From NCBI GenBank assembly GCA_000320545.1, contig ADNK01001953.1, positions 62,001-126,000 of the forward strand: 64,000 bases of DNA, read 5' to 3'. Made by a program: the position numbers and the translations under genes. Numbering within the stretch: the first letter of the stretch is position 1; every line of letters starts with the position of its first letter. Shown one piece after another: positions 51,270-64,000 of the stretch. A model generated the notes under the pieces. It was given only the letters and a program-made list of their open reading frames with translations, was not told the DNA's origin and did no database searches. The DNA comes from Bigelowiella natans CCMP2755 (lineage: Eukaryota > Protista > Cercozoa).

Positions 51270-52734
51270 ATGTTTGAGTTCGTAATCGCCACAGTGGTCG
51301 GAGCAGCGGGGATTGTTGCGTATTATACATTTTTGAAGTACGTTGTTGTCGCAGCACATACATACACACCCCCGAGGACAAGCATTGCTACATTCCACTA
51401 TAGACTACTACTACTACTACTACTACTACTCGTACCAACACACTGTAGGAGGACATGTTAGATCATTCATTCAATCGTTCATTCATTCATCCGTCCATCC
51501 ATTCACCAAGTGTCGAACTAACATACAACCAGAAAGAGAGAAGGAGGAGCGAGGAAGTCCAACAACATGGCGGACAAAAAAAAAGGTCGGTCTATGTTCT
51601 TCGTAGAGTTCTGCCCTCCTAAATTATTAATCGTCTTCGATGTGTTCCTTTTGAATATAATTAGTGCATTACGTATGGCGTCGAGAGGAGAATCGCTTTA
51701 CGAAGTAGCAAAAATATAACATCAGTGCTCAAAGTAGTATTGCGCTACTACTACTAAAGTGTGCATGATAGGTGGTATTTGAAGGACTGGACAGAAACTT
51801 GGGCCATTATGAAACGAGAGAAAGGTACAGCGGAATAGATTATTACGAGAACAATATTTCTCTGAGTAGTAGTAATGTTTTCCATCAGGAGGAGAGGAGT
51901 GCAGAGAGGGTAAGATGGTGCGAGGACAACGGAAGAAGGACGATCAAGCAGGGTAATCTCACAAACATTCCTCATTTTTAATGATTATCATCACCCCATT
52001 CTGGTGTCCAACAAAGTAAGTGGCATACTCCCCTCCTATACGATGATTAGGTCAAAAACAATTGTACTTGGAGATGGCAAGATCCAGTCAGAATTGTGTT
52101 TCTAAGACTGGACTGACACATAATAGGCTATATGCAGCAATGCTGATCTCATAGGTGTGCATTCCCATCATCATCATCATTATCATCATCATTTATGCAG
52201 GTACATTGTGCCAGATACCGGGGAGGTGAAGGACGCCTATTTGATACCGCGTACACCTTCTGAGATTTTAGAATCTACCGACGATGTTACCCCTCAAGAG
52301 GCAGAAGAAGTACGTGTGTTTAGTTTATTTAGTCACCCTGGCATGGCATGCTGTTATATCGTGGCAAGGAAGCAAGGGAAAGCAAGTAGGAGCTCTTTTT
52401 AGAAGTTGACTCCATCGAAATAATTATAAGAACATTAAACAGAAGATTTTAATGTAGGTTGTGATGTTCCAGTCTTGCTGTAATGTGAAACACAAGACCT
52501 GAATAATATTAGTGTAACTTGAATATGTGCGTGCAGGTTGAAGGACTTGCCTTCGATGAAATATCAGGAAAAGTCAGGGTGGGGTTTTTGATAGAGGTTA
52601 GTAATAACTGCGATATCCTCCTCCAATGGGCAATACTTTCCTTCCTCCCTCCCTCTTCCCTCTTGATTGTATTTGTTTATTCTTCTATTATAATGGATGA
52701 TCGATATCCTCTACTTCTACCACTACTACTACTG

Positions 52735-52766
<32 letters not shown>

Positions 52767-53487
52767 GCTACTACTACACTACAACCAAGGAAAAAGACGT
52801 TGGAAAGGGGAAGAATGGAAGCAGGGACAACAAGATATTCGGTAGCAGCCGCATATGCTGATTATTCACTGACCTAACTACCTACATACCTACTTCTGCT
52901 TGCTAGTCATAATGATAATCAAGAGCTATTTACAAGAATATTCTGGTGTCATTTGTATTACATCATGGCATACGTTTCTGCTCCCTCATCTGCCATCATT
53001 CCCAGTTCTTTGAAGATGTGTTAAATATGATTTCTCCTTCCTTCTTTTCTCATCATAGTATCAAAGCATAAGCCTCACGATGATACAGTCAAGGGGAGAA
53101 AATGGGTGTCCTTGGTACTAATACCTTCTTTTTCTTCATTGACTAGTATCAAAATGATGATTGGAAGAAGACGACGATGTAGAAGGAGAGGATGGCAATA
53201 GTGATAATGATGATGATGGTTATATACAGGGAGATTGGAACGATAATGCTGCAAAGATGCGTCGTCGGAAAGTGGACAAGAGTGAAAAGAGGAAGAGTGA
53301 GAAGAAGGGAGATCCAGGATGTGATGGATCGGAGAAGGACAAACTATACTACTGTCGAACGGTATACTACTAGTCGTCTATGTTTTCATTCATTTTCCAC
53401 ACTTTGAGCATATTGGTACTTGGTTGACACCATTGTGTTGGTGGGAAGGTGCTTTCCACTTTACATCGCTGATGGCATTCAAGATGA

Positions 53488-53529
<42 letters not shown>

Positions 53530-54927
53530 ACAACATATCTATCTTTTATCTTTCACAATACCAATACACTATTGTTGTTATCACCATATTATTTCTTTCT
53601 CTGCAGGAGCGAGTACCAGTTGACAGTCTTCAGTACGACTTACCGACTGTGGAAATCGATTCTATGGTTAGAAACTAGTAACATCATGAAGCATTGCCAT
53701 TATTCATCATTACTAATCCTCCACCATCTCCTCATCTTGTGGGTGCTGCATGTCTGTGTTTTAGTTGTGTGTCGGGGAGGGGGGGAGAGGGGTCTCATTA
53801 CGACAACTATTGCTTGCATCAGATAAATAAATAGGTTTCCTCCTCCCACCCCTCCTTTTTCTTTTTCTCCTCCTCCTCCTCCTCCTCCTCCTCCTCCTAC
53901 TCCTCCTCCTACTCAGAAAGCAGAGTGGATTCCATATCTGGTTTACTTTCTTGTGCTCACACTTCTTTTCACACAGGTAGGTACCTGCTTGTTGCACTGC
54001 TTAACTTTAATCAATGCTTTTTAAAATTATATACAAAAACTTGTTCTTTGATCATTTTGTTGTGTCGTTTGTCTGAAAACCCCCTTCTTCTTCTTTTATC
54101 TTCTTTCTTTCTTTCCTTCTTAAGTTAGTGAACCTCATACAGCCCTTCATCGAGAATGTGCTGGATGCCATGTGGAAAGAAGAGAGGCATGTTGACCCTT
54201 TCGTCTTTTCAGCACATCGCCTACAATCGACACTTTATCGTGTAACCAAGGGAGTAGAGTATCACAACTGCTCGGTCGGTAAAAGAAATAATGAATGTCG
54301 TTTACATTGCTATCACGAGATGGATATAATAACTCTTGTTTATTCGTATTTTCCTTCTTCTCTGTCTTTTTCTTCTTCTTCTTCTTCATCGTTGGGGTGA
54401 TGTTCTTCATGACACAATCTACAAATTTAGTCTCCCGACGTGTTTCTGGATAAGTATGCGTGCGAGACACACAATCTTTACGTCGTGTGGGTTATAACTG
54501 AGTTTTTGGCTCGCAAACATATGCTGGAATGGTGAGGAAGATGTACATAACGATGATGATGATAATGATGACGAAGAAGATGATGATTATGAAAATGATG
54601 ATTTGACAGATAATGATAAAAGCGAGCATAAAATCCTAAGATAAAATTTATTTTACGATTACTATGACTACAGTCTAGATACGTCGTAGCTCAACATTTT
54701 TTTCATATTCGAGATGTTGTGCTGCTGTTTGATTCTGAGGGTTAGTTGAAGGATGTTGTGACGATGATTCGCTGCATCATGATGGATCTCTCAAAAAAGA
54801 TCACATTAGTTGATAATGATACGTAATATATCCACACTCATATTTAGTAGTATAATAATAATGATAATAGTATTCCTAATTGTAGTATGTAATAATTCAT
54901 TATTCTTATTTACTATCCAACACTATA

Positions 54928-54959
<32 letters not shown>

Positions 54960-56379
54960 GGCGGTTGGAGCAAGGGCATGTAGACTTTAAGAGTAAGCAG
55001 AGAGAATATTTGGTACTACTTATACAGACAGAGAGAATATTTGGTAGTAGTGTTCAGACTACTACTTATACTTATACCACATCACTGTAACCCATCAAGA
55101 CATGTCAAAGATGAGGAGGAGGAGGAGGGGGAATGAGGATGATGATGATGATGATGATGATGATAATGATAATCTTTTTCTTCAACAGCGGAACATTACT
55201 GAGGCATTCGAGCCAAATAACAGTATGGATGATGACATATTTGCACTGGATAGCAGCATTATCACGTATGTAGTACCACTACTATTATTTTCATTATTAA
55301 TATCCTCGACGTCAGTAAGGCGTTAAACCAAACACACATTTTAAAAAGAAGAAGAAGATGGTGATGAAGGAGGAGAAGATTCGACATGTCATTTACAACA
55401 TAAGTAGCGTCACTCAAGTACGTTTCACACACATACACATACACATACACATACACATACACGCAGCATGTACCAACACTCTTTGCTCTCACTAACTACC
55501 TTACTTTGGTCATCATCATCCTCCTCCTCATCTTCCTCACCATCATCATCATCTAATAGCGGAATGTCTGAATTGATGCTTGGAGCAGATTTGAAGGTGG
55601 TATTTGGTGATGATGGTGATGATGGTGATAGTGGCTTTGACACATAAAGTCTTTCCTCATCGATATGCCAAATGTTTCCTCTACTGCTCCTTCCTCTCCA
55701 AAAATATGACGTGTTTACTACTACGACGATTGTTGGATTGTTTCTCATTATTATGATGTGATGCTGAAAATGGTTAAGAGGATGTATTTGTTATGATGAT
55801 GATAGGGAAAAGTTTGTTTGGACTACTCGAAAATTGAAGATCCAATCTCTTTCATGGTGCTGCTAATTCTTCGCTATATATCTCACAATATATCAAATCC
55901 ATCTTATACATCGTCGCGAACATGCCGGAAATTATCTCTCAATCTTAATATTATTATATTATTATAATTATTATTATCATTAAAACTTTCTCTTCTTTTT
56001 ATTCTTCTTCTCCATGCCTTTCTGTGTCTTCTCCTTACCAGAAATTCACTGAAATTGTAAAGACGCATAGCAATAAGCTGTGGTAAGGAAGAGGAGGATA
56101 GAGGAGGAGGAGGCACTGATATTCTATTTATATTACTGATGCTACTCGTACTATCTGTATTATGACGGGCGACAAGTTTTACCCTTTATTAGTATGAATA
56201 ATAATAATGATGATGATACTGATAATAATAGTAGTAGTAATAGTAATAATATTGCATGTTCTTAAATATGATATAGGTTCAGTAGCTTACAAAGGGATTT
56301 GAAAGACAATTTTATACGTGGCTCCAAGCATCTCGACGGTGCTACCACATCTCCCCGTATAAAGAAGGTCGGTCTTTAG
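51270..56379 (+). CDS. Multi-exon hypothetical protein with N-terminal membrane anchor (may be two genes)
   Basis: MFEFVIATVVGAAGIVAYYTFLK then about 20 AG/GT-bounded exons (VVFEGLDRNLGHYETRERY, YIVPDTGEVKDAYLIPR, VEGLAFDEISGKVRVGFLIE, IQPFIENVLDAMWKEE, YVVAQHFFHIRDVVLLFDSEG), ending SPRIKKVGL-TAG at 56379. Confidence 0.6.
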
Positions 56380-57888
56380 CGCAATAAATAATTTCTTCTC
56401 ATGGTGGTGATGATGATGATGATGATAACGCTGTATGTTTGTTGTTCAGATCCAAAATATTTTGGTAGATTTGATAATCTCTTTGCAAGATAGGGTACTT
56501 TGACTACTACCACTACTTTGTATACCATGTACCATGTATAATGTGTGGATAATACTCTTCATTTGTATATGCTATTATTGTCGATGATGAATCCTTACTG
56601 TTTCGTCATTACTCTCATTCACATACGCACGTGCACACGCTCACACCTCGAAAATATAGAGTATGGAAACACAGTCATATTGTCATTTATCTGTATTTCT
56701 TTGCCCTATGTGCAGAAAACGTTCTATTACAATATGGAAAAACTATAGTATGGATCACGCACAAGTCTTGCGTTAACTTGGAATATTAAAGTATGCAATG
56801 CACGGCAACTATTTGGGAATGTCTAGATTATGCTAAATGTAAAGTATGATGAAAAAATCACATGTAATTTGCAATCATCAGATTGTGGAACCGTTCAATT
56901 AAATTGTCTGGTTGAGTATCGTGCACACAAGCTATGTAACATGTAGCTGCAGTACGTTCTTTCGTGCATATATAATAGACACAGCAATACACTATATATA
57001 TTATATAGCAATACACTATATATATTATATATATTGTGTATTGCATGTCTATCATATATTTAGATATTTTCCCATGGCTGCTTCGGGCAAACAAGTGCTG
57101 CCGCACAGTTGTGCATTGCAATTGCTAGATTGTTTCACATGCTTGCGTACGCACTTGTAGCTCGTAAAATAGCACATTCGCGATAAGTGAGTATAATTCT
57201 TTAAACATATAACTCACACCTAAACCAATCCACCATCGGCTAGGCAATTTGCAAAAAGAAGACAATTGAATTGCTTTCAAAATGTAGCGGCTGCACGACT
57301 TTTTCTCATTGCACACAACCAAGCACGGATTGCATTCAGCAGAGGCTTCGAATCGAAGTTTGCTTCCGTATTCCTGGCTTCTTTCCTCTAAAGCATGCTG
57401 TTGTTCAGCTTTATTCCCATCATTTCCGCCCTTTTCTCAGTGGTCGTTGGAGCTGCATTGCGGTGCTCTAAATCTCCGTTGCTATCATTTTGAAATTGAT
57501 TTAAAAAAATACGAGATCATTTTAGCCCCGGTTTTTGACAGGGAATTAATTTATAATTTGTAATGCCCTGTGTTTCATGCAGATATCATGTCCATATGTG
57601 TTATTTTGGAATAAATACATAGTTATCTGGTATCTACGAGGCCTTTCCCATCCACGTGGGCACGATCGTGGTCTGTACCATGGTACTAACAACTTGCCTT
57701 CTGTCATGAAGATGCTCAAAACTCCCTCTGTGTTTACCTTGCGACGTGGATTCAGCCCTGACGCAATAGGATTTCTGATGATCGTCGAACAGGGAAAAGT
57801 TGGAAATACATGGGTATTTTATCTATTTTCGTAATAATTTTCATGTCGCACAAGCAGGAACTGAACAACAACGTGAATCACTTCCACA

Positions 57889-59332
57889 ATGGCTGACATG
57901 AAGTTGTTGAGGGATGTGGAACTCCCGTCGGGACGGCCATGCCCGGACTCTTATGTAGATGACTGGGAAGAGGTCCATCGAATATTCGACTGTTATTCAG
58001 GGATGCATGAATTACTACTCTCCTCCTAATAATATAATGTGGAAATGGTGATGCAGGTTGAGAATAGACCCTGGGCTTCGAAACGTGTACGGAGGGAGAC
58101 TGGCTGTCTTGGGGAAGATTTTGTGAAAGTAGTCGTCGTCGTCTATTGTATGCATTCATGATTACAACAAGATAATTGCCTGACATCAATCGCCACTCCT
58201 CTCACAGATGAATTGAAAATTGTTACTACTACTACTACTACTACTACTACTACATTGTAGCATCACAACTTGGTCCCCATGCGATGGTATTGGAGCCCTT
58301 TTCGGTACTACTACTAGTAGTAGCAGTAGCAATAGTAGTAGCTTTCAATTCGATGATTCATGGCGAAGCTTGATTATGATTAATATGGCAGAAAAGTACT
58401 ACAGGGATGTGCAAAATTCCCAATGGATGTTGAGGTTGGTGTATAGTAGTAGTAGTACCACAACAAAGAAGCAGCACATAAAATAATTATCGTGCAACAC
58501 ACACCATAGTTCAATACTGATATGATGATGAATAAGATATGTGAAATCGCAATCATTCGCTCAGTTGTTTTGTTTTACCTAATCTCTCTTTATCTCCGTT
58601 TCCAAGGGACCGCCTCGGCGCGCACATGGGGCCAGTATCGCTATGGTATTTGATGAGGTAATAATTATTAAAACTACTACTACTACTACAAGTACCACTA
58701 TTATTATCTATCCCTCGAAGCCAACTCCATAGTACGTTATATCTGTGCAACAACACTCTCGAAATGATGCGTTTATTATCATCGATGAGGACAGATAATG
58801 ATGATATCAATTATACGCACCACCAGGTATTAGCATATCCAGTGTGGAGACTAGTCGATGAGAAATATGGAATGGGTGAGCATATTATTCACACTCCACC
58901 ATATACTTGAATCATCGTTGAACTATTGGAAATACTTTATCTTTTCCGTGCGGCACAACTATGTCTTTTTGTAGTAAACTACAGAATCATTAACTTTGTT
59001 TATTTATCAAGCTTGTTCGTCTATCCCTTAACAAGAATATACATCTGTATGGACATTACTGCGACTCCCTCCATCATTCAGGAGTAACAGCCAAGTTGTC
59101 AGTTTCATACAAGGCTGCTCTGCCCCTTGGTTCTACAGCTGCATTTCAGTGTAGGGTAAGTACTCACAAGAGGGAAGAACGATGACCATCGTCGCAGCAG
59201 TAGTGATAGTAGAAATATCGGCTAGCAGCTGCGACTGCTGCTGCGAAACAGAAGGGGGCTTGGGGGTGAGGGTAGAGAGTCAGCAGAAGGTAGTTTGACG
59301 GAGTAGACACCGGCGCGCACTCATGCACACAC

Positions 59333-59370
<38 letters not shown>

Positions 59371-59852
59371 CGCACTCACACTCACACCCTAGGCGAACTG
59401 GGAGTGGTTAAACAAGAACACTTTTTTGCCACAATTGAAACAACAACAACAACAACAACTTCTATCTGGATATATTATTAAATTGGTGTGGATGCATGGC
59501 GAAGCGAAGGAGGCCGTTTAATGCTATTAATGTCGTGAATATATAGTTTTTTCACTTACATTCTTTGGCATTAGTTGGTAAAGAAAGAAGGCCGAAAATG
59601 GTGGGTTACTGCTGAACTTACAGATCCTAAAACACATAAGGTACTACTGCCTCAATTACTCTCTAAGCGCATATTTGTACTCCCTAATGCGTATGCTCCT
59701 CCATAACAAAGAGCTTCGATTCAAAATAAATTACATCAAAAATATGGCAATAATACGTTGCATTCATGTGGTATGAGTAGGTTTTCGCACAGGGCGAAGC
59801 ATTATTCGTCTCTATACGTCTTCCTCAGATGAGATGGAGGTCATTTCTATGA
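57889..59852 (+). CDS. HotDog-fold acyl-CoA thioesterase, THEM4/PaaI-like
   Basis: Exons join as GPPRRAHGASIAMVFDE|VLAYPVWRL, GVTAKLSVSYKAALPLGS, VKKEGRKWWVTAEL, VFAQGEALFV...TGA 59852. This matches the GPPxxxHGG...D / VTAxLxVxY / EGRK...ALFV pattern. Start tentative. Confidence 0.82.
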
Positions 59853-59867
59853 CAAATATAAGTACCT

Positions 59868-59905
<38 letters not shown>

Positions 59906-60198
59906 TTTATATCTAAGCGCTGTAGCCGCAGTGTTAGAAAGCTACATTAGGATGACAATTGAAAAAATATAATATAATCATTACATCCGCCTCACATGCT
60001 AGCATGCATATATTATGTATGCGTCACAACGTGCATCTGTAGAGCTTGTATACTTGCGCTAGCGCCAGCAATATGTGAAGATTTTAGCTTGCTTCATCTT
60101 GCTTAGCAAATTAACAATCATGATAGCGCTGCTGGCAGCTTATATATATTGCCGCAAACTCTCCCGCTGATGCATACGCGTTAAATACAGTATATATC

Positions 60199-60250
60199 CG
60201 ATACCTCACAACTTTATACATGTACGATACCTCACAACTTTATACATGTA
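60199..60250. repeat. Perfect 26-bp tandem duplication
   Basis: cgatacctcacaactttatacatgta x2. Confidence 0.95.
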
Positions 60251-60403
60251 CTGCCCAGGAGCCGCAACAAGGAGTTCTCATATGAGACGATAAATACAAT
60301 GAATAAATGAATTGCATTCCATCTCAATAGATGTTCTAATGTAGCTGCGCAAAGCTAAAAAAAGCCACCACCAATATGCTTCATGCTTCGATCACCACTG
60401 GCA

Positions 60404-61666
60404 TGTCTAGATGCACATGTGAGCATGCTGCAAGAGCCAAAGCACACATGTGAACACGTGTGTGTGTGTGTGTGCACCTAGACACGTGAGACGGGTGCAA
60501 TGAAATACAATGTTCAATTTTTTCCAATTGTCATGTGCATGCACACACATGCTAGCATGTGCACATGTACTAGATGCATGCAAGACGGATGCAATGCTGT
60601 AAAATGTGTGTTCAAATTTTTCCACATGTGTGCACACATGTCTAGATGTGCATCCATGTGTGTGCTGCATTGCACAGCTTGACTACATTGGGACATCTAG
60701 ACGTGCATGTGAGACGGATCGGATGTGATGAAATGTTTGATTTTTTTCAATGGTTCATCCTGGTGTAGCTGGCTGCAGAGCAGCGGCTACACTAGCACAG
60801 CGCTCAGCAGTTGCATGCATCTGTTTGTTTCTTGTGTCACAACACGTTGCATGCATGTGAAAGCATTGCATTTTTGTCGGCCATGTCGTGCTTTGCACGC
60901 AGCGGTGCGAGCTCTTTTCTCTGTCTTTGTGAGGCGCTTCATTTCATCGTTGCGGTTCATCATGGGTGTCAGTTTGTTCAATCTGAGCTTTTGATGTTCA
61001 CACTTCCTGCATTGGAGGAGATGGTCCATGTTGTCATCATCATGTTCTGCAGCGTGCCACAAGTCTAGATGTGCACATGCACACGTGCATGTCTAGATGG
61101 ACACATGCACATCACAAGCAGATGCCATGCTTTCCAGCAAAATCGGTTTTTTGACATTGCAAAAACAAACTTTGCACGTGCAAAATCGGAATTTTCACTG
61201 ATTTTGGACCAAAATCGAAAATTCACCCATTTTGCTTGCAAAAATGAGGTTTTTGACCAACCTTGCGTGAAAATGCCTTGCACCATCGGTTCTCAAGGGG
61301 CGAATTCGACCGAGTCACAAACCCGTGCAAGTGGGTGCAGCTTGACTGAAACAGCAAGTTCGAAGCCAAAACACGATGATTTTTTTCTGCGACAAGATCA
61401 AATGCTCAATTTGAGGCATGACCCACGTTCAAAGCTAGAAAGTGAAAAATTGTGCCCATTTGCATGCAAATGAAAAACATGACCAATTTTGCATGCAAAA
61501 TTTGCAATTTCCGTTTTTGCATGAGACACCGATTTTGGAGCAAAATCGGATCAAACCGATTTTGCAATGTCAAAAAACCGATTTTGCTTGCACACCGATT
61601 TTGCTGGGAAGCCATGTGTGACATGTTTGTGGCACGCTGAAAGACATGGATCATCCGTTTTGTGTG
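60404..61666. other. TpA-depleted, TG/CA-rich intergenic island between convergent genes
   Basis: From 60791 to 61666 only four TpA were found by hand, all in CTAG (60792, 61065, 61093, 61435). Confidence 0.92.
61129..61612. mobile_element. 484-bp MITE/foldback-like non-autonomous element
   Basis: 19-bp terminal inverted repeats with 1 mismatch (gctttccagcaaaatcggt / accgattttgctgggaagc), a perfect ~28-bp subterminal inverted repeat (~61137-61164 vs ~61560-61588), repeated CAAAATCGG motifs, and CAT on both flanks. Confidence 0.8.
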
Positions 61667-62054
61667 TAAATGCACACACATGTTCGTAGCGCATCACAGT
61701 GGATATGTCACAATGTATGCATGGTGTAGAAACGCTACTAGCTTTGCTCACCGCTGTGACTTCAAAGGCATTGCGTTATAAAAATTGCTAGGAGTACTGG
61801 AGAGGAAAGCTAGGTGTATATCAGTGGAAATATCTTCATCAAGAGAATTTGATGACTGTCTTCGTCTGGTCGTGTGCTTGCATAGTGAGTCATTCTTATG
61901 CTGATTTCTACCTCCACAAATACAAGTTGACAGTGTTAGGCCCTCCTGGGAGAACTGCTTCATGTCAAAACTTTGAATCAACACTGCGTTGCTAAGGGCT
62001 AATTACATGATGTCTGCTCTAATAATGGTTTGTTGACATCATAGGACTGCTGCT

Positions 62055-63209
62055 TTAACAACGCCTTTTTCCATTCACCCACACCTGCTCAATATCGGAT
62101 AGAAAACCGAGCAATCATCGATTGGCAACAATCTAACAAATAACAACGGTGTATCATCATCAATAATCATCAGGCGAGGAATGCTGTATATTGTGGACAT
62201 GATTATGTCTAAATATCGTCTCGTCTCCTCATGATTATGTGTTGAAGGGTATCGGATACTAGCACCACCTGTTTGATGTTTCTACTATCACCAAGATGGA
62301 CAAATCGTTCAAATTCCTTTCCGAAGAAGGGTGATGGGTGTTAGTAGGTGATAAATCAATCAATAAACCAATCAATCAATCAATCAGCAGCAATGTGTTG
62401 ATTGTGATCCAGTAGTACCAATATTCGGTTTTTATGATGTATCAATATGTCAACAGCAGTTATGTCAAATCAAAATTTCAACCTATGCTTTTGCACTATA
62501 TAATGATATACTACAAAGTTCTTAAAATACAGAAATTTTTACAAAGTATTCTACAAGATAGTAATATATGTTAAGAGAAGAAAAGGTGGAGTGGTAGCAC
62601 AACGCTGTTAAAGAAAATTTGGAATTTGATTTGTTATGAGACCTCCATATCCGTTGCGGGACGACCGATATCAAAGGGGTCAATATTGTGGAGATGTTTG
62701 TGCTGCTGATGCTGCTGCTTCTGGGGTATATAATGTTGGTGTTGTTCATCAGTTTCTTCTCTGTGTTCTTGTGTATCCTCAATATCTACCACGAGAGCAT
62801 CAAAACATTTTCCCACCTCAAATGAACCGATCTGAGGAGAACATCCACCCCAACGAATAGACAGCACCAACAACACTCGAAGTAATTAGCATTTGACAGC
62901 ACCATCACTGAAAACACATACTAATCTATCCCCTCTATGAATAATGCGGGGCATCATCATCATCATCATCATCCATGAAACTACTATCAATACAACCATA
63001 GCACGACAGTGTAGTTATACCGTCTCTCTGCCTCTCTCTCTCTCCCTCTGTCTCTCTTAACCAACATGACGTATGTAGTACACGCAGTGTATATCAATAC
63101 AATAGAAACGATACGATACCTCATTTCCTAGATTCAGAGCCTCAGCACCCCCTTGGGTCGCCATCCAAAATACAGTTTCACTTGTTAGCACATCTTCATA
63201 TTCAGAAAG

Positions 63210-63240
<31 letters not shown>

Positions 63241-63758
63241 GATTCCCTTTGCTTCTCCATGTTTGAAATCTTGAATGGATAGATATATCCATGATCAATA
63301 ACAACAAACAGTAACAACAATAGAAGAGTTTAGACCATTGTTCGTTGGCATCTGTTCAAATGTATGTTTTGTCAGTTTTTCCTCCCTCCTCCCTCTCATT
63401 CTCCTCCTCATATGTACTAAAAAATATGAATAATATATACATATATCACATCCTGCACTTGTACCAATATGGCCTTATGCGTTAACAGCGCTGTTCTCAT
63501 GGCATTTAGCATAGAAATCGAGTAGCCTCCAGCAATATCAGATCTTTATATGAGTAAATTATGATGTAGGGATGTAGTGTTGGGTAGGGTTGTGTTGATC
63601 AGTACTACTAACAACGAATCATCCTTCTTCATGTCAGTCCGTTGATGGTGGTGTTGCTGCCAATCTAATGCTCACTAACGTAGTACGTACATCGTGAAAT
63701 AGATCTAAATCTCGTCTACCAGGATACTGTCGCTCAACCTGGTGTAATACATAACAAC

Positions 63759-63800
<42 letters not shown>

Positions 63801-64000
63801 AGCAGCAAGAAGCATTATATCAGTTTATTTTTAGTGATAGTAGCAGCCATGGAAGTGAATAAAAATAAAGGTCCTTCTTATGACTGATACCACTGAGATA
63901 AGTCAACATCGAAAGTTATCAGAAGAATATGTTCATGATGACAACCTCTTCCATTACATCCAAACTCTCAGAAACATGCGATTGAATATGGCATCGGTGT
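62055..64000 (-). CDS. guaD: Guanine deaminase (amidohydrolase family), 3' part; gene continues beyond the window
   Basis: Exons: CHIQSHVSESLDVMEE|VERQYP, SDIAGGYSISMLNAMRTAL, VFWMATQGGAEALNL, IGSFEVGKCFDALVVD, FERFVHLGDSRNIKQ|VWVNGKRRC-TAA (62057-62055). Confidence 0.9.

Noticed and set aside
1-64000. Most short ORFs with poly-CV, HT, YI, L, M or H runs
   Set aside because: They are translations of microsatellites or antisense frames of real exons.
1-64000. tRNA, rRNA or snRNA genes; alternative genetic code
   Set aside because: No RNA gene recognised by eye; conserved genes translate normally with the standard code and use TAA, TAG and TGA as stops.

Overview
Eukaryotic nuclear DNA, gene-dense and intron-rich (GT-AG), with microsatellite-packed introns. 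A signal-peptide-bearing PAP/fibrillin gene suggests an alga with a secondary plastid (chlorarachniophyte-like is inference only). Most ORF-track entries are microsatellite or antisense artefacts, so genes were rebuilt by hand from spliced exons. Recognisable genes: a PLAC8-like Cys-rich membrane protein (-), a UBZ/ankyrin/2xBTB protein (+), PAP/fibrillin (-), a SEL1-repeat protein (+), a COG0523/CobW GTPase with an N-terminal SH3-like/TPR-like extension (-), a multi-TM class 3 lipase (+), intronless NDUFS8 (-), a THEM4-like thioesterase (+) and a partial guanine deaminase (-). There are also several orphan genes and two MITE-like elements. The most striking signal is two intergenic islands (about 38.4-40.0 kb and 60.4-61.7 kb) almost devoid of TpA. 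Surviving TpA sits mostly in CTAG, TG/CA are abundant and CpG is retained. This looks like a context-specific TpA->TpG/CpA hypermutation (the reverse of fungal RIP), with weaker versions near many gene 3' ends. A second signal is polarity of intronic microsatellites (G-strand repeats at 5' ends, C-strand repeats at 3' ends). All counts are by hand and exon boundaries are approximate unless stated.
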